Assembly: GCA_963766075.1 (NCBI GenBank)
Contig: CAVYAN010000039.1
Coordinates: 1 to 15,997 of the forward strand
Reading direction: 5' to 3'
DNA: 15,997 nucleotides
Origin: an uncultured cyanobacterium
Lineage (GTDB): Bacteria; Cyanobacteriota; Cyanobacteriia; Leptolyngbyales; Leptolyngbyaceae
Below the pieces are notes generated by a model. It was not told where the DNA came from and did no database searches. It saw nothing but the letters and a program-made list of their open reading frames with translations. Positions within the stretch are counted from its first letter, which is position 1, and every line of letters begins with the position of its first letter. Both the position numbers and the translations under genes were made by a program. Positions 7,461 to 13,979 of the stretch are shown here, in pieces.

Positions 7461-7784
7461 CTACGGGAGCGACGCTATCCGGGGGGGACATAAGCGGATG
7501 AGCGCCTGAGAAGCCAGGTTTGTGAGGCGATCGCCAATCGCCGCACCGTAGTTCAAAATACGCCCATAGATCGCTGGATTAGGGCAGTCCAGCACCAGGG
7601 TCAAAGCCGTAGCTTTTGTGGTCAGATACCAATGGCAATCCATCAACAGCGACTGGGCCACTCCATTACAGGACTCGTAAAACAATCGACTTACAGCTTT
7701 TTCCAATTGCCACCGCAACAGTTGATCCGGCGGAATCGAGCCATCAGACAGGCCATCACGGTCAGGCGCGGGCTGGTTGTGCAT
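7461..7784 (-). CDS. Hypothetical protein of an apparently cyanobacterial family; C-terminus possibly frameshifted
   Basis: ATG at 7784 has GGGAGA upstream. The core 'QLEKAVSRLFYESCNG..QSLLMDCHWY....LTLVLDCPN...IRLCPP' resembles cyanobacterial hypotheticals (recalled, not searched). Confidence 0.7.
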   Translation of the reverse strand: MHNQPAPDRDGLSDGSIPPDQLLRWQLEKAVSRLFYESCNGVAQSLLMDCHWYLTTKATALTLVLDCPNPAIYGRILNYGAAIGDRLTNLASQALIRLCPPRIASLP

Positions 7785-8027
7785 CGTGGCAATCTCCCTG
7801 GGCGATTCGTACTCAAGCAAGGTGTCGCAAAGGAATTTAAAAAACAGCTTCTACAAAGTAATTTACGGATTTCTAATTCACGAATTTATATCGTCTCAGT
7901 TTCTCCAAATCAGTGCCGTACAACCCGAACAAAGATGAGAACAAACTGAATGTATCCTCTGGATTAATCACTGCCATCAAAAACGTCATCTTAGCTTAAG
8001 CTTTAAAAATCCGCCGCAAAGTTACCC

Positions 8028-8055
8028 CATTTCTTTAGACATTTCTTTAGACATT
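8028..8055. repeat. Exact 12-bp tandem duplication CATTTCTTTAGA x2 (+CATT)
   Basis: Units at 8028-8039 and 8040-8051. Confidence 0.85.
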
Positions 8056-8127
8056 CTGTGTGGAGAACCAGAGGGTGCGAACAAAACGCCAAGAGGGGGA
8101 AACCACCCGATTTTTCAACCTCAGCTT

Positions 8128-8607
8128 TTAATTGAGGCTCTCAGCATAGAGCACTTCTAGCAGAAGCGAGGCCCCAATTTCATCATCAGGATCGACTTCT
8201 TGAATTTTTTCAGTGACGTCAGTCGCCTGTTCAACATCGTTCATCTTGGCGTAGATGAACCCAGTGGCCGCATAGGTGTTGAGATATAGCTTGACATTAG
8301 GATCACGACGGCGATTCATGAGGATCAGCTTAAGATGCTCCCAATCGTCTGGCAGATCTTCTTCGAGCTTGACATTTTCTAAAATTCTCAAGGCCATACG
8401 CAGGGCCATTGCGCCCTCATCTTGATAGTAAAAATAGCGACAAGCCGCCACCAAAATATCAGGATAGTGGTCAGCTTCTTGCAATGCTTGATGAATGCAG
8501 TGTTCGGACTGAACCTTGTCGTGCCATGCTTCCGCAGCCTGAATCAACAGAGTTCTAACATTCTCCGGAACGTGGAATAGAGCGAAGGATTCAGGGTTAA
8601 TTTTCAT
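8128..8607 (-). CDS. Alpha-helical, TPR-like hypothetical protein
   Basis: 159-aa ATG ORF that is acidic and helical, with 'PDILVAACRYFYYQ' and a TPR-like 'YAATGFIYAKMNDVEQA...IQEVDP'. Confidence 0.75.
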   Translation of the reverse strand: MKINPESFALFHVPENVRTLLIQAAEAWHDKVQSEHCIHQALQEADHYPDILVAACRYFYYQDEGAMALRMALRILENVKLEEDLPDDWEHLKLILMNRRRDPNVKLYLNTYAATGFIYAKMNDVEQATDVTEKIQEVDPDDEIGASLLLEVLYAESLN

Positions 8608-8792
8608 AGCAACTGCTGGGGCATAGGACGGCTAGATGCTCCATGGGGCAACGATTCTAAAATTTCACAGGTGGAATCTAGAATCGCACCCATTGATTGT
8701 AGTCATCTTTTGCTCAGGTCCCAGCTTGGTTCGCCCAGACTTAAGGAAATCTCAATATACTGCCCATGCGAGGAATGGTGATGTCTGCAAGT

Positions 8793-10016
8793 CTATGGAC
8801 GACTCTGCTGTTGGCTAACGGCTGTAATTTGGGCGCTGAAGTAGTCTTCTCGATGCTTCAGTCGTTTGGCCAGTTCTAGTCCATGCTGAAAGGCGACGAT
8901 CGCCTGGGGATAGGCTTTACGACTGAGGTGAATTTGACCGAGCTGATCGTAGGCGCTCATCATGCCGTAGTAGTTATAGGATTGGAATTCGACGCCCACC
9001 AGAAAGTCATAGGTGCGGAGAGCAGCATCGAGGCGATCGTTCTGCCGGTAGAGGGCACCCAGTTTTTCCAGAGCAGCGCTGGCAATACCGAGTTGCTGCT
9101 GGGTTTGGGCCAGTTTGTAAGCCGCTTGATAGGTCGCTTCGGCTTGGTCCAGTTTGCCAATGCGGGTGTAGTTATCTCCTAGTTTCAGGCTCAGACTGGG
9201 AACAGGGCTAGGAGCGGGTGGACTAGCACTCGATTCAGGGTATAGGGCGATCAATTGCTGCTGGTAGGGAATCGCTTGGTCGGGCTGGTTGGCTTGCTCG
9301 TGGATGTAAATTAGTTGAGTCAGGTACAGGCTTTGGCTGGGGCCATCCGTTGCACGACTGAGCAATTGTTGATAAATATCAGCGGCTTGGGGGTAGTTGA
9401 ACCAGGCCAGGTAGAGCTGTCCCAACTGAGTTAAGAGCGCGGTGTGGGCGGTAGGGTTGGCGGGGGTCTGAGCAGCGGTGGCGGTTAGAAGCTGTTGGTA
9501 TAATGCGATCGCCGGTTTAGGGGATCGCACCTGCTGGTAGGCAACCGCTAATGCCTGCATCAGGGCGGTGCGGGTAGAAGAATCAGCCGGGACCCCCGTG
9601 GACGCCCCCGTGGACGCCTGGAGGGGAGCAGCGATCGCATTCAACCGTTGGGTAATCCAGCGCACTTGAGGCGCATTATTGGTTTGCCATGCCGTTTCCC
9701 CTACCCGGCCTAGGGCCGTCACTTCCGCAAGCTCTCCCAGGGCGCGCCGCAGCCGTAGCTCCCGATTCCAGGTGTCAAAGGCCCCCAGTTGATCGCCCGT
9801 CGCCAACTGGGCAGCGGCTTGCAGATTCAAGGCATCCAAGCTTTGGGCGAAGCGATCGCGCTCTGCCGCTGTTAAGGGGCGATCGGGTAACAGCGGATCC
9901 GCAACTTTACTGTCCAATGGATTCGGGGCAAATTGACTCGATGGTTTGGTTTTGCTCAGAACGGGGAGGGGCAACCAACAGAGCAGCAGTAAAACGGCAA
10001 GGACGAGGGGTTTCAT
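8793..10016 (-). CDS. Tetratricopeptide repeat protein with signal peptide
   Basis: N-terminus MKPLVLAVLLLLCWLPLPVLS. Multiple TPR motifs, e.g. 'LTQLGQLYLAWFNYPQAADIYQQLL', 'LGDNYTRIGKLDQAEATYQAA', 'AYDQLGQIHLSRKAYPQAIVAFQHGL'. Confidence 0.9.
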   Translation of the reverse strand: MKPLVLAVLLLLCWLPLPVLSKTKPSSQFAPNPLDSKVADPLLPDRPLTAAERDRFAQSLDALNLQAAAQLATGDQLGAFDTWNRELRLRRALGELAEVTALGRVGETAWQTNNAPQVRWITQRLNAIAAPLQASTGASTGVPADSSTRTALMQALAVAYQQVRSPKPAIALYQQLLTATAAQTPANPTAHTALLTQLGQLYLAWFNYPQAADIYQQLLSRATDGPSQSLYLTQLIYIHEQANQPDQAIPYQQQLIALYPESSASPPAPSPVPSLSLKLGDNYTRIGKLDQAEATYQAAYKLAQTQQQLGIASAALEKLGALYRQNDRLDAALRTYDFLVGVEFQSYNYYGMMSAYDQLGQIHLSRKAYPQAIVAFQHGLELAKRLKHREDYFSAQITAVSQQQSRP

Positions 10017-10129
10017 GGGGCGATCGCGGGATGGGTTCTGGCCGGATGGACTAAAAGCGCGGACGAGTCAAGACTGGACCCGGTTCCCTAGCCCAGTTCC
10101 CTACTACGGTACCGCGATCGCGCGATCCG

Positions 10130-10148
10130 TCCAAAATCCAAAATCCAA
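10130..10148. repeat. Heptamer tandem repeat (TCCAAAA)x2.7, STRR-like
   Basis: TCCAAAA TCCAAAA TCCAA in the divergent TPR/purD spacer. Heptameric tandem repeats are typical of filamentous cyanobacteria. Confidence 0.6.
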
Positions 10149-10205
10149 CGACGATCGCTCATGGGATAATGAAGTGCATTTTTGTGCTGAGTGGGAACGG
10201 GATCT

Positions 10206-11519
10206 GTGAAAGTTTTGGTTGTGGGTAATGGCGGACGGGAACATGCGATCGCGTGGACTTTATTACAGTCGCCCCAGGTGACTCAGGTGACCTGTGTGCC
10301 GGGGAATGGCGGCACGGCCACCCTGCCGCGATGCCAAAATATGTCCATGAATGTGAGCGACTTTGAAGGCATCGCCCGATTTTCCCTAGTGCACAACATT
10401 GGGCTGATCGTCGTCGGGCCAGAGGTGCCCCTAGCCGAGGGCATTACGGACTATCTGCATCAGCATGGACTCAAGGTCTTTGGTCCGACCCAGGCGGGAG
10501 CCCAGATTGAAGCCAGTAAGGCGTGGGCCAAAGCCCTGATGCAGGAGGCTCAGATTCCCACGGCCAAGTCGGCTGTATTTACGGAGGCGATCGCCGCCCA
10601 GGACTATGTGAAGGCCCACGGCGCGCCGATTGTGGTCAAAGCGGATGGATTGGCGGCAGGGAAAGGGGTGACGGTGGCGGCTACGGTGGATGAGGCGTTG
10701 GGGGCGATCGCGGCAGCGTTTAGTGGCCAGTTTGGGGCGGCAGGTAATACCGTCGTGATTGAGGAATGCCTCACAGGCAAAGAGGTGTCGGTGTTAGCCC
10801 TTACCGATGGTCTGACGATTCGCCCCCTGTTGCCGGCCCAGGATCACAAGCGGATTGGCGAAGGGGATACGGGGCCGAATACTGGTGGGATGGGAGCCTA
10901 TGCGCCCGCGCCCCTTGTGACCCCGGAACTCATGGACCGCATCCAGACGGAGGTGTTGGAGCGGGCGATCGCCACCCTGCGCGATCGCGGTATCGACTAT
11001 CGCGGCATTTTGTATGCAGGGCTGATGATTACGCCCCAGGGAGATCCCCAGGTCATTGAATTTAATTGCCGGTTTGGCGATCCCGAAACCCAGGTGGTGC
11101 TGCCGCTGCTGGACACGCCCTTGCTCAATTTGCTGCTGGCTTGCGTTGAACGGCGCTTGGGTGAGTTGCCTGAGATTGTCTGGAAACCGGGTGTGGCCAC
11201 CTGTGTTGTGGCGGCGGCGGCGGGCTATCCCGGTAGCTACGAAAAAAATAAGCCGATTCATGGCATTGAGCAGGCCGAATCCCAAGGCGCAGCGGTGTTC
11301 CAAGCGGGCACCCAGCGAAAACCGATCGGCCTGGTTACCGATGGGGGGCGGGTGTTAGCGGTGACGGCGCTGGGGGAAACCTTTGCCGAGGCTCTGGCCA
11401 AGACCTACGGGGCGATCGCTGCTATTCAGTTTGATGGCATCTATTATCGGCGGGACATTGGCTACCAGGTGCGGGATTGGGACCGCGATACCAATCTGAG
11501 CGCTAAATCGGGGCCATGA
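10206..11519 (+). CDS. purD: Phosphoribosylamine--glycine ligase (GAR synthetase)
   Basis: GTG start giving MKVLVVGNGGREHAIAW. Motifs 'PGNGG', 'VVGPEVPL', 'IEASKAWAK', 'VVKADGLAAGKGV', 'QDHKRIGEGDTGPNTGGMGAY', 'EFNCRFGDPETQ', 'YYRRDIG'. Confidence 0.98.
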   Translation: MKVLVVGNGGREHAIAWTLLQSPQVTQVTCVPGNGGTATLPRCQNMSMNVSDFEGIARFSLVHNIGLIVVGPEVPLAEGITDYLHQHGLKVFGPTQAGAQIEASKAWAKALMQEAQIPTAKSAVFTEAIAAQDYVKAHGAPIVVKADGLAAGKGVTVAATVDEALGAIAAAFSGQFGAAGNTVVIEECLTGKEVSVLALTDGLTIRPLLPAQDHKRIGEGDTGPNTGGMGAYAPAPLVTPELMDRIQTEVLERAIATLRDRGIDYRGILYAGLMITPQGDPQVIEFNCRFGDPETQVVLPLLDTPLLNLLLACVERRLGELPEIVWKPGVATCVVAAAAGYPGSYEKNKPIHGIEQAESQGAAVFQAGTQRKPIGLVTDGGRVLAVTALGETFAEALAKTYGAIAAIQFDGIYYRRDIGYQVRDWDRDTNLSAKSGP

Positions 11520-11689
11520 TCCCCGGTGGGACCTCCCATTCCGCCGCGCTGGCCGGCGCCCATTCGGCACCGCCCGCTTAACTGACCCCGCCTTAACTAG
11601 CGTATAGTGGTGATTAACGCAATTGTTTGGGGAATGATTCATGCTTTGCAACAAATACCAACAATTCAGCTTTTTAATTAATCACCCTA

Positions 11690-13834
11690 TTGACTCCGCT
11701 CCTAAAAACTTTGTTTGAATCTCTAGCCAAGACCAAAGAAGTAATTGCAAAGTGGTGGTCTGAATTTACCCTTCAGACGAAGCTGATGGCGGCGGCCACC
11801 CTGGTGGTGTCGCTGGTCATGAGCGGCTTGACATTTTGGGCCGTCAACACGATTCAGTCCGATGCCCGTCTCAACGACACCCGCTTTGGGCGCGATCTAG
11901 GCTTGCTGCTGGCGGCCAACGTGGCCCCCTTAGTCGGCGAGGAGAATCGCACGGAGCTGGCGCGATTTTCCCATCGCTTTTACAGCAGTACTTCTAGCAT
12001 TCGGTATTTACTCTATGCCGATGAGCAGGGCGAGATTTATCTGGGCATCCCCTTCTCAGAATCGGAAGTGCAGAATTCTCTGACGATTCGTCGCCGCATT
12101 CAACTGCCGGAAAACTATGCCGAGAATTCGGAGTTGCCCATGGTGCGGCAGCACATGACTCCCGGCGGTGAGGTAACGGATGTGTTTGTCCCCCTCATGC
12201 ACGAGGGGGTGTACAAGGGCATGTTGGCGATCGGGACCAATCCCAATCCCACCGTTGCCGCCTCGTCCCATCTCACACGGGATGTGACGATCGCCGTCTT
12301 CATTTCTATCTGGGTCATGGTGATTCTGGGCGCGGTGTTCAATGCCCTGACCATTACCCGCCCCATCAAAGAATTGGTATTCGGGGTAAAAAATATTGCC
12401 TCTGGAAACTTCAAGCAGCGCGTCGATTTACCCCTGGGTGGAGAATTGGGGGAACTGATTGTCAGCTTTAATGACATGGCGCAACGGCTGGAAAGCTACG
12501 AAGAACAAAATATTGAAGAACTGACCGCCGAAAAGGCCAAGCTGGAAACGTTGGTTTCCACCATTGCCGATGGAGCCGTCTTGCTCGACACCGACATGCA
12601 AGTGGTGTTGACTAATCCCACGGCTCGCCATTTGCTGGGTTGGGATACGGTGCCGGTGGAAGGACAAAACGTCCTGCATGTGTTGCCTACTGCTGTCCAA
12701 GCCGAAATTGTCCGACCGCTCTACAAGATGGCTAAGGGCGAATTGGTCGAGGGCACAGAGTTTCGCATTGCTCTGCAAGATCCAAACCCCAGTCGCAATG
12801 AGAACCGCACGATCCGAATTTTACTGAATACAGTGCTGGACTTGTCCCGCGAAAACGTCAAGGGTATTGCGATGACGGTGCAGGATATTACGCGAGAGGC
12901 AGAGCTCAACGAGGCCAAGAGTCAGTTTATTAGCAATGTCTCCCATGAATTGCGTACGCCTTTGTTTAACATCAAGTCGTTTATTGAAACGCTCTACGAG
13001 TATGGGGAAGATCTGACCGAGGCGGAAAAGCGGGAATTTTTGGAAACGGCGAATCGGGAAACCGATCGCTTAACCCGGTTGGTGAACGATGTGTTGGATC
13101 TGTCGCGGCTGGAATCCTGCCGGATTTACCATTTTGAAGCGGTGGATTTGGCCCAACCCGCAGAACAAACCCTGCGCACCCATCGTTTAAACGCCAAGGA
13201 CAAAGGCATCGAACTGAGTCAGGAGATTGCACCGGATCTGCCTGCGGTTTTAGGCAATTATGATCTGCTGCTACAGGTGTTCACCAATTTGGTGGGGAAT
13301 GCCCTGAAGTTCACGCCCGCTGGCGGCCAAGTGACGATTCGGGCCTATTTAGTGCCGGAAACTGAGGCGATCGCCCCTCGCGCTCAGCGGCAGGGCAATG
13401 CCGATGCGGGGGGGACCGGGAATTTGGCCCTCGATCATGCATCCAATGTAGCCTCCGATCATTTGGCCCTTAATCCCCTGGGGCCTGAGAACAGTTCACC
13501 ATTGGGGGCAATTGTGCGCGTAGAAATTGCCGATACCGGCATTGGCATTGCCCCGGAAGATCAGTATGCGATTTTTGATCGCTTCTATCGTGTAGAAAAC
13601 CGGGTGCACACCCTGGAGGGCACGGGCCTAGGGCTATCCATTGTTCGCAATATTATTGACAAGCATCGCAGCAAGATTCATGTGCGCAGTGCCGTGGGCG
13701 CAGGCACTACCTTTTGGTTTGATTTAGTCGTCTATCGGGATCAAAAAGGCACGATCCAGTTAGAGGGTAGTCCAGGGGACAAAAATGGGGCGATCGCCCC
13801 GACTTCACTGAGTGCGATCGGGAGCGGCCTTTGA
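11690..13834 (+). CDS. nblS: Sensor histidine kinase NblS/Hik33/DspA (2 TM-HAMP-PAS-HisKA-HATPase_c)
   Basis: Diagnostic N-terminus 'WWSEFTLQTKLMAAATLVVSLVMSGLTFWAVNTIQ.DARLNDTRFGRDLGLLLAANV'. HAMP, PAS, H-box 'SNVSHELRTPLFNIKSFIETL', N-box 'NLVGNALKFT', G boxes 'DTGIGI' and 'NRVHTLEGTGLGL'. It lies directly downstream of purD. The TTG start is approximate. Confidence 0.96.
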   Translation: MTPLLKTLFESLAKTKEVIAKWWSEFTLQTKLMAAATLVVSLVMSGLTFWAVNTIQSDARLNDTRFGRDLGLLLAANVAPLVGEENRTELARFSHRFYSSTSSIRYLLYADEQGEIYLGIPFSESEVQNSLTIRRRIQLPENYAENSELPMVRQHMTPGGEVTDVFVPLMHEGVYKGMLAIGTNPNPTVAASSHLTRDVTIAVFISIWVMVILGAVFNALTITRPIKELVFGVKNIASGNFKQRVDLPLGGELGELIVSFNDMAQRLESYEEQNIEELTAEKAKLETLVSTIADGAVLLDTDMQVVLTNPTARHLLGWDTVPVEGQNVLHVLPTAVQAEIVRPLYKMAKGELVEGTEFRIALQDPNPSRNENRTIRILLNTVLDLSRENVKGIAMTVQDITREAELNEAKSQFISNVSHELRTPLFNIKSFIETLYEYGEDLTEAEKREFLETANRETDRLTRLVNDVLDLSRLESCRIYHFEAVDLAQPAEQTLRTHRLNAKDKGIELSQEIAPDLPAVLGNYDLLLQVFTNLVGNALKFTPAGGQVTIRAYLVPETEAIAPRAQRQGNADAGGTGNLALDHASNVASDHLALNPLGPENSSPLGAIVRVEIADTGIGIAPEDQYAIFDRFYRVENRVHTLEGTGLGLSIVRNIIDKHRSKIHVRSAVGAGTTFWFDLVVYRDQKGTIQLEGSPGDKNGAIAPTSLSAIGSGL

Positions 13835-13911
13835 GGAATCGCTACGATGTCTCAGAATATCTCTGAAACACTCTACGAAAAGATGCGATCGACCAAAATT
13901 ATTCCCTGAAT

Positions 13912-13959
13912 CGACCAAAATTGTTCCCTTCGACTCCGCTCAGGGAACAATTTTGGTCG
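13912..13959. terminator. Perfect 18-bp-stem hairpin with a REP-like core between the convergent nblS and RTX genes; candidate bidirectional terminator or 3'-stabiliser
   Basis: CGACCAAAATTGTTCCCT-tcgactccgctc-AGGGAACAATTTTGGTCG. The left arm is duplicated with 1 mismatch at 13888-13907. Confidence 0.7.
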
Positions 13960-13979
13960 TGGAATTTTTTTGAAATTGC

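Noticed and set aside
7926..7946. LexA box (GAACAAA direct repeat)
   Set aside because: It does not match the cyanobacterial RGTAC-N3-DGTWCB consensus, and the GAAC spacing is N8 rather than the alphaproteobacterial N7.
11648..11666. HLR1 (RpaB) site upstream of nblS: GCAACAAA-TA-CCAACAAT
   Set aside because: Each half has two or more mismatches to (G/T)TTACA(T/A)(T/A), which is too weak to call.
10431..13232. Antisense and alternative-frame ORFs inside purD and nblS (likewise inside the GH, DUF218, TPR and RTX genes)
   Set aside because: These are shadow ORFs expected at this GC content, with no motifs, and they overlap confidently identified genes.
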